A stretch of DNA of 64,000 nucleotides from an uncultured delta proteobacterium (GCA_963793865.1 CAWCBP010000002.1:96001-160000); one strand, 5' to 3'; positions 31,763 to 41,307 are shown, counted from the first letter of the stretch. A program made the numbers and translations. The notes: generated by a model from the letters alone, not told the origin.

Positions 31763-31906
31763 TTACTTCTTGTCCTTTGTTTGCTCTTCGGCCACCTGGC
31801 CGGAACGCGGAACAATTCAGGTCCTGAATCCTAATTTAGGCAGAATATACGCCTGCAAAACGAACCAGACAACCAGAACGATCATGATTATGAGAAATTC
31901 TTTCAT
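31763..31906 (-). CDS. Small membrane protein with in-frame UGA, candidate selenoprotein (47 aa with Sec, 29 aa if UGA is a stop)
   Basis: GAGGGAG RBS; MKEFLIIMIVLVVWFVLQAYILPKLGFRT-UGA-IVPRSGQVAEEQTKDKK-UAA; SECIS-like hairpin directly after the UGA. Confidence 0.6.
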
Positions 31907-31978
31907 GGCCTGACTCCCTCATTGCGGCAACGGGTTTAACGTTTTTAAAAAAGGACAGGCGGCGGCGCCGCCGGCAAA

Positions 31979-32024
31979 GGCGGGTTCTGGATAGACCGGA
32001 TAACTGACAGGCTTTCTTGATGTC
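31979..32024 (-). repeat. Short extra copy of the activator HTH-coding sequence
   Basis: GGCGGGTTCTGGATAGACCGGATAACTGACAGGCTTTCTTGATGTC differs by one base from 33118-33163. Confidence 0.85.
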
Positions 32025-32052
32025 TGACTGTTTCCTTCGGTTTGCCGTTAGT

Positions 32053-32523
32053 TCATATACTCAATCTGTCCCTCTGAAAAGCAACACTATCAATATCTAT
32101 ATAACTATCATTGCAATAGATTCTAAAAGGACTGAACACATCAAACGAGCTCGGAAATTCATTAATTAGGCCTGTAATGGTTACACCTTGCATGACATCA
32201 TCACAACCTTCAAAACCATTAAAAGTAATCAACATTTCAAATTCACTTGAAGAATATAGATTCATCTCATACTGATTACCGGATTGAAGTATTATAAGAG
32301 AACGACAACATAAAAAGAAACTAGAAGTTGTAGCAGTTATACTAAAATTTATTCTATCGGGACAAATGCTCCACATAGAAGAGGCGGTATTGCTAAACCA
32401 TTTCATAGTCCAATTATTACTATTACAATCTTGTGCAAAGAGAGTATGGGATAACCCAAAAGCAATGATGGGAAGAACCAGAAAAAATACTGCAAATCGT
32501 TTATTTTTAAAAATTTGTATCAT
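32053..32523 (-). CDS. Hypothetical exported protein
   Basis: Signal peptide, GGAG RBS, strongly AT-rich, several Cys. Confidence 0.6.
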   Translation of the reverse strand: MIQIFKNKRFAVFFLVLPIIAFGLSHTLFAQDCNSNNWTMKWFSNTASSMWSICPDRINFSITATTSSFFLCCRSLIILQSGNQYEMNLYSSSEFEMLITFNGFEGCDDVMQGVTITGLINEFPSSFDVFSPFRIYCNDSYIDIDSVAFQRDRLSI

Positions 32524-32541
32524 AGTACTCCGCCTCTCTCG

Positions 32542-32841
32542 CTATATTTTGGTCTGGCCACCAGGGCAAGGATTATCACTCTGTATCTTCCTGTTATCAC
32601 CATCATCGAGAATACCATCACCATCAGAATCACGCTGCCCGAAAGGTTTTCTCTCATCCCATTACGTAAGCTGTAGTGAAAACCACAGGATTGAAAAAAT
32701 ACCAGCGATTAAAAAGCATACGTTCAAGATAATAAATTTTCTAAATCTATTTTCCCTCCGCTCAATAAAAACTCCCCACCCTCCCTCAAGGAACTTAATC
32801 CTTAGAGAAGATGTAGGGCTATTTCTGCTATTGATTTTCAT
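32542..32841 (-). pseudogene. Remnant of a secreted TSP3-like Asp-repeat protein
   Basis: GGAGG RBS; hydrophobic segment, in-frame TAA at 32662-32664, then DSDGDGILDDGDN..DNPCPGGQT in the same frame. Confidence 0.55.
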
Positions 32842-32859
32842 TGTTCACCTCCACATTTC

Positions 32860-33073
32860 ATAAATCACCTTACCTTACTATCATTACAAGAAACGGGCCA
32901 TTATGGTCTTGAATGCACAGCTACTGTTATTTCAACCGGTTAGCGGGATCTGACGATATGGAAGGAACTGTAAATAATCGAATCCCGTCCCTAGGGACGG
33001 GATTGAGTCCCACCACGTGGGATTGGTCCCGTTTAACAGGACACCTACAACAGTGGGATACTAAGGGGAAGAA
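32860..33073 (-). promoter_or_regulatory. Sigma-54 enhancer/promoter module, copy 3 (next to the intact activator gene)
   Basis: TGGCCCGTTTCTTGTA at 32885-32900; IHF-like TTTCAACCGGTTA; UAS-like sites at 32987, 33007 and 33026; perfect 22-bp palindrome ATCCCGTCCCTAGGGACGGGAT at 32982-33003. Confidence 0.78.
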
Positions 33074-34489
33074 TCAGAAATGGGTTGACAGGTTGTGCTT
33101 TTTCAAAAGCACATAGAGGCGGGTTCTGGATAGGCCGGATAACTGACAGGCTTTCTTGATGTCACCCGCGGTAAAGGTCATCAAGTCCTTTACGTATTGT
33201 CGTTCAGCATTGTCCAGGGCAATTGCCCGCACATCCTTGAGCTTGAGAAATGCCCCGGAAGATTCGGCCACGGGCGTTTGGTGATCAGCCGCTACATCCA
33301 TCCCAACTGAAGCACGCTCCAGCCATACGCGAATATAGGTTGGCAGGTGCTTGGGAAAGAGGGCAGGATCATTCTGTGCCGCAATAATTGCACTCTCCAA
33401 AGCATGGATTAATTCCCGCACATTCCCCGGCCAGCTATAGGTATCAAGGACATTGAAGAATCCCGGGTCAAATACCTTTTCGGCAATACCAAACTGCTTA
33501 CACAGTTTTGCCGTGTAATACAGTGCGAGTTCCTTGATATCCTGATAACGTTTTCTCAAGGGGGGCACCTCTATGGTGAATGAGCGGAGGCGAAAAAGCA
33601 AATCATCCCGAAACAGCCCCTGCCGCACCATGTCTTCCAGATCACGGTTGGAAGCTACTATCAGTCTGAAATTACTTCCTATTTCCTGCTGATACCCGAC
33701 GGGTCGAAACCGGTGCTCCTGAATGACTCGAAGAAAGGATTTCTGAATGGAAAGCGGAAGTTCACCCACCTCATCGAGAAAGAGCGTCCCGCCATTCGCC
33801 TGTTTGATGAGACCATCGCGCGATTTTACCGCCCCGGTATAAGATCCTTTTTCATAACCGAACAGCATGCTCTCCACCAGCTGACCGGGAATTGCCGTAC
33901 AATCAACTATCACAAAATTATTTTCTGCGCGCAGACTGTGATAATGAATGGCACGCGCAAAAAGTTCTTTGCCGGTGCCGGTCTCACCTTTAATGAACAC
34001 ATTAGCCTCGGTTTTTGCAACGCTGGCCACCAGGTATTTGCAGAATTTTATGGGGGGGCTGCTCCCTATAATACCTTCAAAATGTTTTTCTTCCAGAAGC
34101 GGCACATCACGACTACCCGCCTTTTTCTGCCGGTAGTGCAGAATATTAATTATCAGCAGCGTTATCTCGTTTGTGGAAAATTGCTTTTTTAGGTAACACC
34201 ACGCGCCTTTTTCAATCGCAACCTTTGCGTCCTCAGGCGTCCTGAAATCAGTGATTATAATGACCTCGGGGGGTGACGGGTTCTCAAGGATCTCTGATAA
34301 CACATCCAGCCCGTTACCGTCGGGCATCTGCACTTCCAGAAATACGATATCAAAATTCCGCGCGCTCAATTCTTGAAGCCCGCCCTTAAGCGTGTCAGTG
34401 CAGATGATCTCATGTCCCATGCCCCGAATGATACCGGACAATGAATTGCAAAATATTTTGTTTTCTACAATAATGAGAATGTCTGACAT
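33074..34489 (-). CDS. NtrC-family sigma-54-dependent response regulator (REC-AAA+-HTH) with an atypical receiver
   Basis: GETGTGKE, ESMLFGYEKGSYTGA, LFLDEVGEL, FRDDLLFRL, WPGNVREL, C-terminal HTH; the receiver has LEVQMPDGNG in place of LDxxMPD. Confidence 0.93.
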   Translation of the reverse strand: MSDILIIVENKIFCNSLSGIIRGMGHEIICTDTLKGGLQELSARNFDIVFLEVQMPDGNGLDVLSEILENPSPPEVIIITDFRTPEDAKVAIEKGAWCYLKKQFSTNEITLLIINILHYRQKKAGSRDVPLLEEKHFEGIIGSSPPIKFCKYLVASVAKTEANVFIKGETGTGKELFARAIHYHSLRAENNFVIVDCTAIPGQLVESMLFGYEKGSYTGAVKSRDGLIKQANGGTLFLDEVGELPLSIQKSFLRVIQEHRFRPVGYQQEIGSNFRLIVASNRDLEDMVRQGLFRDDLLFRLRSFTIEVPPLRKRYQDIKELALYYTAKLCKQFGIAEKVFDPGFFNVLDTYSWPGNVRELIHALESAIIAAQNDPALFPKHLPTYIRVWLERASVGMDVAADHQTPVAESSGAFLKLKDVRAIALDNAERQYVKDLMTFTAGDIKKACQLSGLSRTRLYVLLKKHNLSTHF

Positions 34490-35018
34490 GGCTTTATCGA
34501 GGTATTACTTATAGCAGAAACAAGAACCGGCTCTAGCAGGTCAATAATTCGGTACCGTTTGGGAGTTTGTCAAAAAATGTCGATTGTTGTCAGATGTCTA
34601 ACCTTTTCACTAGTCTCATTCAGGTTTATACAAAATTTTTAAGAAAAAATCAACTCAATAAGGGGTGTGATTCGGGATAAAAATGAAAGGACAAAGCAGA
34701 GGTAATTCTCAAGTGTGAGGTTTATCATCTGTTCTTGACGGGATCGAAAAAATCTTTGTGTCCGATGCATCTCATCTTGTTCACCACCATACATCACACG
34801 CTTTTGAAAGGTTATTAACCGTTTCCCGGTATTTTTTTCAGAGTTTGCAACGACTGATATAATTTGATATGCTATATATACCGTTGATTCGAGAAACTGA
34901 GGGCAGCAGTAAACCGAAGTCGTAAAAGCGCTTTCACCAGGCAGTCTGGATTGTTTTTCTTATCGCATGGGGTTTTAAGTAAAGCAATGGTGCTAACCAT
35001 TCCTTAAGGGAGAAAAAG

Positions 35019-36575
35019 ATGGAACGGGATGCCACATGGCCGTTATTTCGCCTCGTTATTCCAGCCTTTCCCGAAGTAAACATTTTCAGCCGGGTGGCAA
35101 AAAAAACAACCGCCCTGGGACCGGTCATGGTGGCCACCGCCGCCAGCAAGCTCTGGGGTTGGAGGGTTGAGGTCATTGATGAAAACAACTGCGCGGGAGC
35201 TCCCCTGGACGAAAACGGTTTTCCTGACCACCGCGCGCTGCAGGAAGAAAGGCCGGCTGACGTGGTTGGCTTTTACTGCGGGCTCTCCAGCACGATTGAA
35301 CGTGTGTGGCGATTGGCAGCATTTTACAAGGCTGAAGGCACGACCACGATAGCCGGGGGCTGGCACACGCATTATGCCCCGGAGGAATCACTGCGCAAGG
35401 GCATTGATATCGTTGTGCACGGTGATGGGGAGATGGTTATTCGCCGGGTGCTCGAGCTGCTCAGAGATGGGAAAACCATCGGGCAGGTTTGCGGCATATC
35501 TTTTTTAGACAGTCAGGGTGTTTGTAAAACCAATCCTCCGGAGACGCAGGATGAAACATACTTAAACTCACTGCCCTACCCGGATTTTGGCTTGCTCAGG
35601 TTTGCCACAATAAAAATATATCCCATCGGCCGCATCAGAGGGTGCAGCCGGAAATGTGAATTTTGCAGTGTCAAAGGAAAGCCGCGCTGGGCGACCGGCC
35701 AATTCCTTTTCGATCAGGTGCAGTGGCTGGTGGAAACCAGAAAAGCGCGCAGTTTCTTTATCGTTGATGATCGCCTGGAAGAAGACAGGAAGGGCGCCCT
35801 GTTCTTCTTCGAGAAGATTGCTCAAGCCTATGGGCGATCACTTGATTTTACCGTGCAGGCAAGACTGGAGGCTGCTGAGGATCAGGAGCTGTTGACGGCG
35901 ATGAGAAAAGCGGGTGTCTCGGTAACCTGCATCGGCTATGAATCGCCTATTGACGAAGAGCTGCAGGATATGCGCAAGGGCTATAGTTCGCGCGACATGT
36001 TGCGCTGGACGAACATGTACCATCGTCTCGGGTTTCTTATTCACGCCATGTTCATTTGGGGATATCCGTCTAAAAATATATCGGCATCCCGGCTCGGGCC
36101 GCACGAGCGAACCAGGCGGTTTCACCGGTTCATCCGGCAGGCCCGGCTGGATACGGTTCAAATCCTGCGGGCAATTCCATTAATCGGTACGGAGCTGCGG
36201 GCCAGATTAGAAAAAGAGAACAGAGTGTTTCCCCTGGATGTGGTTTCCTGGGAGAAATATGACGGGAGCTATGTGTGTTTTCAGCCGGATGATATGAGCC
36301 TGCGCGAACTGCAGGAGATGCCGACAAAATTAATGAAGAAATTTTATGATCCCATGAGCTTCGTCAGGATCGCTTTAAAAACAGTCGCTTTTCCTTTCGA
36401 TTACCTGGTCAGGGGGTGGGACACGTGGCATCGAAGCTGGCGCAATGAGCTCAGGAAGTATGGTGGACATCTCTTCATCAAGGGATGGCTCAAACGCTAT
36501 CACAAAGACAATTTCATTGAAAAAATAGAGAACATGCATCGGTTGCGAGACCGGAAACAAGGCAACGTGCGATAA
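35019..36575 (+). CDS. B12-binding-domain radical SAM protein
   Basis: CxxxCxxC in RGCSRKCEFCSV; AGGWH, VVHGDGE, LPYPD, FFIVDD, IGYES motifs. Confidence 0.88.
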   Translation: MERDATWPLFRLVIPAFPEVNIFSRVAKKTTALGPVMVATAASKLWGWRVEVIDENNCAGAPLDENGFPDHRALQEERPADVVGFYCGLSSTIERVWRLAAFYKAEGTTTIAGGWHTHYAPEESLRKGIDIVVHGDGEMVIRRVLELLRDGKTIGQVCGISFLDSQGVCKTNPPETQDETYLNSLPYPDFGLLRFATIKIYPIGRIRGCSRKCEFCSVKGKPRWATGQFLFDQVQWLVETRKARSFFIVDDRLEEDRKGALFFFEKIAQAYGRSLDFTVQARLEAAEDQELLTAMRKAGVSVTCIGYESPIDEELQDMRKGYSSRDMLRWTNMYHRLGFLIHAMFIWGYPSKNISASRLGPHERTRRFHRFIRQARLDTVQILRAIPLIGTELRARLEKENRVFPLDVVSWEKYDGSYVCFQPDDMSLRELQEMPTKLMKKFYDPMSFVRIALKTVAFPFDYLVRGWDTWHRSWRNELRKYGGHLFIKGWLKRYHKDNFIEKIENMHRLRDRKQGNVR

Positions 36576-36738
36576 AGAATGGCAATGGACCTCTGGTGGG
36601 GCCGGGAGATAGGTTACCCCGGGACCGGCAGGGCGGAGTTAAAATTCTTTTCTCTTAGAGGACGAAAGGATTCCCAATTCATCTTGATATTTGGCTATCG
36701 TTCTTCGGCCGACAGGTGATTGTGGGCCAATCACTTTC

Positions 36739-36894
36739 TTATTTTTTGTAACAATCGAGGCAAAAAAGCTTTTTATCGACAGGGGGCGGAACCTCCATCA
36801 TAACTTCTTTTTCACAACCCGCGCAGACCACCTTATATAATCTTTTGAACTTGGGTCGTGTTGATCTTCCTCTCACAGTCCTTTTTCTCATCAT
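36739..36894 (-). CDS. CxxC-x17-CxxC zinc-ribbon protein, 51 aa; not in the ORF track
   Basis: Hand translation MMRKRTVRGRSTRPKFKRLYKVVCAGCEKEVMMEVPPPVDKKLFCLDCYKK; exactly 17 residues between the CxxC pairs; GGAGG RBS. Confidence 0.8.
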   Translation of the reverse strand: MMRKRTVRGRSTRPKFKRLYKVVCAGCEKEVMMEVPPPVDKKLFCLDCYKK

Positions 36895-37026
36895 CGCCTC
36901 CAGTTACACGTTTCAGGGCTTTCAATGTTCATGCGGAACAGTAATCCTCCGCGCATTTTCATCACTCATGCATACCTGCGAATTGCCTGTTCTCTTAGCC
37001 GATGTTGTACCCCGTGCCATCAATAG

Positions 37027-37065
37027 AAAAAGCCCCCAGGATCTCAGAAAAGATCCGGGGGCTTT
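37027..37065 (-). terminator. Rho-independent terminator
   Basis: Minus strand AAAGCCCCCGGATCT-loop-AGATCCTGGGGGCTTTTT, downstream of the flavoprotein gene. Confidence 0.75.
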
Positions 37066-37190
37066 AAAAGTGCTAAAACACGGGGATTCCTAAGGTGCTT
37101 ATGTATTTATATCAAGCTTGCATGAAAAGCAAGGAATAAATGGGAAAGCAGCATACGGTTGATCTCGCGGCCCAAGCGCGTTGCATCGCT

Positions 37191-37778
37191 CTAACATGTA
37201 CGCTTGAGCATTTTCCCCAGCTTCTGTCCCGCCTCCCCTGCACGCTTCATCACCTCAGGCATGTCATCAACGTCATTCATGCCGATAGCCTCGGCAATTT
37301 CAGCGGCAAGCTGCATCTTGTTGATACCATCCACAAATATTTTAAGCGTCTCTTTTGTCCTCTCGTGGCCCGATCCGGCGACCGTGGTGACGGTGACTGC
37401 CGGTTTGCCCGCAAGCGGCCGTTTCCCCAGCACCGGTAAATCCGGGCTGTAGTCAGGCCCGACGCCGCGGTAAAATATGGGCATGCTCCTGTCAATGAAG
37501 CACTTGATCGCCCCGGAAATATCCATGTAATAGGTGGGGGAACCGATGATGAGCGCGTCGGCTTTCATCAGCTTGTCGCAGAGGGGATTCATGTCGTCAT
37601 TAATAATGCAGGTCCCCTCGTTCATGATGCACTCCCCGCAGCCGGTGCAGGGCTTGATTTCCATTCCGGCAAGATCTATGACTTCAAAGTCATACCCCGA
37701 GGCTTCCGCAACCTTTTTTACCAGCTTGTTGGTGTTGCTCTCCTTTCTGAGACTTCCGCAGACCGCTATGATTGCCAT
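37191..37778 (-). CDS. Flavodoxin-fold iron-sulfur flavoprotein (NADPH-dependent FMN reductase family)
   Basis: GSLRKESNT, PCTGCGEC...GTC, DDM, ADALIIGSPTYY, KCFIDR. Confidence 0.9.
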   Translation of the reverse strand: MAIIAVCGSLRKESNTNKLVKKVAEASGYDFEVIDLAGMEIKPCTGCGECIMNEGTCIINDDMNPLCDKLMKADALIIGSPTYYMDISGAIKCFIDRSMPIFYRGVGPDYSPDLPVLGKRPLAGKPAVTVTTVAGSGHERTKETLKIFVDGINKMQLAAEIAEAIGMNDVDDMPEVMKRAGEAGQKLGKMLKRTC

Positions 37779-37862
37779 GGTAAATACCTCCTGTTAGATG
37801 AGATGTATCATGAGTGTTCAAAACAAGATAATTATTCATTGATTTCATTAAACTTTTTATAT

Positions 37863-37908
37863 GAGATTGCTTCGTCGTCCCGCCGAGGCTGGACTCCTCG
37901 CAACGACA
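37863..37908. repeat. REP-like palindrome, family D (GATTGCTTCGTCG..CTCCTCGCAAyGAC); further copies at 48181-48275 and 48304-48356
   Basis: The same motif recurs in both orientations in the 48.2-48.4 kb intergenic region. Confidence 0.75.
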
Positions 37909-38040
37909 GGTCTATTGTCTATTCTATAAACAATCGCGGCTACAGCCGCTCCAACCGGATAAACGCAATTTCCTACCTGAATTGCGCGAAATACTCGGAA
38001 GAACAGATTGCAATTATCAATGGCCTTGCCTGGCGCCCGG

Positions 38041-39360
38041 CTAAAATAACAGCCGGGTTGCTACATAGATCAGCAGGCCGACCAGCCCCCCGATGACCGT
38101 ACCGTTGATGCGGATAAACTGCAGGTCACTGCCGATGGCTATTTCCGTTTGCTGTATCAGCGTGCCGGTATCCCAGCCGCTCACCTCGCGGTTGATGAAG
38201 GCGCTGATGGCGCGGGGATGCCTTCTCATGATGCCGGTCAGTATATCACGCATCAGCCGGTTCATCTTATCGCGCACGCCCGCGTCCTGCAGCAGCCCCC
38301 GGCAGAGCACCCGCATCGCCTCAGCCAGCCCGCTTTTCAGCCGTGAGCTTTGACTCAGCACATCGCGACCGATCACCGGCTTGATTTCATTCCAGGCATT
38401 GTCAAGGTAGGCAAGAAAATCCTCGTTGTCCAAAATGGAATCGCGCAGTGCCTCAACCTTCTTTTTATATTCGGGAGATGACTTCAGCTGTTCGATCAGC
38501 TCCTCATTTTTCCCCTTCAGCTCCGCGCGCAGCCTGTGATTGTGGTCCTTGAGGCTCTCCAGCTCCTCTTCGACAGAGGTGATGATCTTGTCGTAAATGG
38601 TGTAGTCAACCCCGAATATCTTCATGTACCAGGGGCTGCGCTCGCTGATTTTTTCCCTGATGTAGGGCCTGGCCTTGCGGAACAGCCCGGTCGCAATTTT
38701 CAGCGCGCTGTCGAAGTGCCCCTGGAGCCTGTCCTCGGCAGTAAGTGCCGCCAGAAGGTTGCCGAGCATCGGAGCCAGGTCAACTGAGCGAACGCCGGAG
38801 ACGATGTTTTCCCGTACGAACCGCCGGATGTCCTTGTCGTCAATGGCATTTAAGACATGAGGGATGACCAGGCACAGTTCATCGATCACAAAGGTGTTTT
38901 CATTAAACCATTCCGCGATTTCCCTGGTCAGGTCCTTGGAGCGCAGCTTCCCATCGATGGTGTCGGCGGAAAAAAAATTGAGCTCGACAAAGTCCCCGAT
39001 GTTTTCCCCGATGCGCGCCTGATTGTTGGGTATGATGGCCGTGTGGGGCAGGCGGATTCCCAGGGGATACCTGAAGAGGGCGGTAACCGCGAACCAGTCG
39101 GCAAGGGCCCCGACCATCGCCGCCTCGGTAAAGGCTCGAAAGTAGCCCAGCCAGGGATACGCGCTCTCAAAATATTTAAAAAAGCAGTAGCAGACCAGCA
39201 TCAGGAGAAACAGCGATGTGGCAAATAATTTCGTTCTCTTGAAATCACCGTACTTTTTTTGCTGATCGGCGGTAAGGAACCTGCCCGGCATCATCATGGC
39301 CCCGGGACTTGCTGCCCCTGAGGCGGCCCGCTTCACATCACTGGCTGTTTCTTCCGGCAT
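38041..39360 (-). CDS. DUF445 (YjiN-like) membrane-anchored protein
   Basis: AFTEAAMVGALADWFAVTALFRYPLG..PHTAIIP at the N-terminus; G.DLQFIRINGTVIGGLVG at the C-terminus. Confidence 0.92.
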   Translation of the reverse strand: MPEETASDVKRAASGAASPGAMMMPGRFLTADQQKKYGDFKRTKLFATSLFLLMLVCYCFFKYFESAYPWLGYFRAFTEAAMVGALADWFAVTALFRYPLGIRLPHTAIIPNNQARIGENIGDFVELNFFSADTIDGKLRSKDLTREIAEWFNENTFVIDELCLVIPHVLNAIDDKDIRRFVRENIVSGVRSVDLAPMLGNLLAALTAEDRLQGHFDSALKIATGLFRKARPYIREKISERSPWYMKIFGVDYTIYDKIITSVEEELESLKDHNHRLRAELKGKNEELIEQLKSSPEYKKKVEALRDSILDNEDFLAYLDNAWNEIKPVIGRDVLSQSSRLKSGLAEAMRVLCRGLLQDAGVRDKMNRLMRDILTGIMRRHPRAISAFINREVSGWDTGTLIQQTEIAIGSDLQFIRINGTVIGGLVGLLIYVATRLLF

Positions 39361-39390
39361 AACTTGTTCACTCCCGGTATGTGAGTTTGG

Positions 39391-40308
39391 CTATCCCCGG
39401 TTGCGCCCGGCAAGCCACTCGGCCACTGCATTCACCTTGGCGCGCAGGTTCAGAATAAAGGGCCGGCGCTTCTGGATGTGGTGCGGCTGCGCGTCGTATT
39501 CCTCCGCCGTTATGCGCTCGACTACTTTCCCCTGGTCCCCCCCGTACAGATCGAGATATTCCCGGATCATGTCTTTATAGGCAACCGCCGCGGCGGCGGC
39601 TTCAAACAGGTATCGCTCCACCTCATCGCCGGTAAGAATGCCGCTGTGGGGCATGCAGATCGCCCGGGGCTTCAGATTGCGGATCTTTTCAATGGAGGCG
39701 ATGTAGTCTTCATAGCTCACCAGGTAGGGGCTGTGAATGAACCCGTGCTCCAGCGCTCCGGCCGCATCGCCGATAAAGGCAATGCCGGAATCAGGAAAAT
39801 AGTAGCTCAGGCTGTCGCGGGTGTGGCCGTTGGTCTCAATCACCCGGCACTCGCGGCCTCCCTCAAGCCTGATGGAGTCGCCGTCCTTGAGCCGGAAGGT
39901 GACCGTGACCGGGCCAAACGAGACATCCTCCCCGGCGATCTCGGCCTGCACGCCTTTCTCGTACTCCTCGTTCAGCCTGCGGATAAGCTCAACGGCATTG
40001 GGACGCATAAGCACGTCGGCGCAGCGCTCGCTCGCCGCCACGCGCGCCGTTGGCAGATTGCGCAGCAGATAGGGCACGGACCCACAGTGGTCAAAGTGGG
40101 AGTGCGACAGGGCGATGATGAGATTGTGGGTATTGCGCTTGTTGTCACGCATCCGTTTCAGGCAGAGCGGACCGAACACCGACACCCCCGGATCGAAGAG
40201 TATGGAGGGGGTGCTGGTGCAAAAAACGGCAGTCATGTGGCCGCCGCCAATGCAGATGAAATCTTCATGTTTCTGGGCGAATTCAAAGGTAAGGTATTTC
40301 TGGGGCAT
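39391..40308 (-). CDS. MBL-fold metallo-hydrolase
   Basis: LSHSHFDHCG, ETNGHT, FIGDA, MPHSG. Confidence 0.9.
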   Translation of the reverse strand: MPQKYLTFEFAQKHEDFICIGGGHMTAVFCTSTPSILFDPGVSVFGPLCLKRMRDNKRNTHNLIIALSHSHFDHCGSVPYLLRNLPTARVAASERCADVLMRPNAVELIRRLNEEYEKGVQAEIAGEDVSFGPVTVTFRLKDGDSIRLEGGRECRVIETNGHTRDSLSYYFPDSGIAFIGDAAGALEHGFIHSPYLVSYEDYIASIEKIRNLKPRAICMPHSGILTGDEVERYLFEAAAAAVAYKDMIREYLDLYGGDQGKVVERITAEEYDAQPHHIQKRRPFILNLRAKVNAVAEWLAGRNRG

Positions 40309-40418
40309 GCGGGGATTGTACCTCAGGTTGGAAGGAGATGTATAGAAAATTCAATGGGCAGGATGCATGATACACGATACAGGATACAGGATGCATGATA
40401 CAAAAATTGCCATAATGC

Positions 40419-40519
40419 GTAGTCGCAAGCTTTAGCTTGCGGTTTTTATCCTTTGATCCGCGCAACCATTAATACGTGCCTTCCGTTACATATTTCCGCA
40501 GGCTGAAACCTGCGCCTAC
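40419..40519. repeat. REPIN/MITE-like element, family A (GTAG..CTAC ends); second copy at 54211-54309
   Basis: GTAGTCGCAAGCTTTAGCTTGCG-spacer-CGCAGGCTGAAACCTGCGCCTAC; the spacer is also partly conserved between copies (GCCTTCCGTT). Confidence 0.85.
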
Positions 40520-40696
40520 ATTGTTCAGGGTACCTCTAAAAATTCACCTTACGACCGTTCGTGGCCGCGAATCATATTTGGACACAACGGAGTGCGTCCC
40601 TTCCAAGCCGGCTTTCGTAACCATCACTCCAATACTCCACTACTCCATCAGCCAAACTGCATTCCGCAATCCGAAATTCCAAATACCCCCTTCCCT

Positions 40697-41035
40697 CTAT
40701 TTCCTCACCACCGCCGACAGAAATCCATTCACCAGGGACAGGATGATGCTGAAGGCCATCGCCCACCAGAAGCTGTCGACTTTAAAGTCCGGCACAATGG
40801 CGGACACCAGCAAAATTAAAAGCGCGTTGAGCACGAAGGTAAACAGGCCAAGCGTCAGGATATTCACCGGCAGGGTCAGTATCAGAAGCACCGGCCTTAA
40901 GAAGGTATTAATAATTCCGATACACATGGCTGTGACAACGGTCGGGAAAATTCCCGGCACCGATACTCCCGGCAAAATATAGGCGGTAATGAAGACCGCG
41001 AAGGAAAGAATGATCCAGGATATGAGAAGCTGCAT
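40697..41035 (-). CDS. YvlD-like 4-TM membrane protein (phage holin superfamily IV)
   Basis: ILPGV..IGIINTFLRPVL.ILTLP.NILTLGLFTFVLNA..VPDFKV.SFW.A. Confidence 0.9.
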   Translation of the reverse strand: MQLLISWIILSFAVFITAYILPGVSVPGIFPTVVTAMCIGIINTFLRPVLLILTLPVNILTLGLFTFVLNALLILLVSAIVPDFKVDSFWWAMAFSIILSLVNGFLSAVVRK

Positions 41036-41307
41036 GAGTTGAAGTCTCCTATAAGGTTCAGGGTGCAGGGGTCAGGGTGCAGGGTCAGAAGAGAAGCCTA
41101 CAGTTTACAGTTGACAGGTAACAAATATTGGAGTGATGGAGTAGTGGAGTATTGGGTAAAGACAACAACTAATGATCGGAAATGACGCATAGCGTCCCTC
41201 CACAGACAGATGGTAATAACCATTACTCCAGCACTCCATTACTCCATCGTTCCGCCGCTCCCCTTCTCCCCTGTGCGCTTTCATCCTGTCCCCTGCTGCT
41301 TCACCCC

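Noticed and set aside
34512..34531. Possible sigma-54 promoter upstream of the 33074 activator
   Set aside because: GG-to-GC spacing is 11 nt rather than the required 10.
40697..41035. Holin-family gene as evidence of a prophage
   Set aside because: YvlD-like genes are common in chromosomes; no phage structural, lysis or integrase genes nearby.
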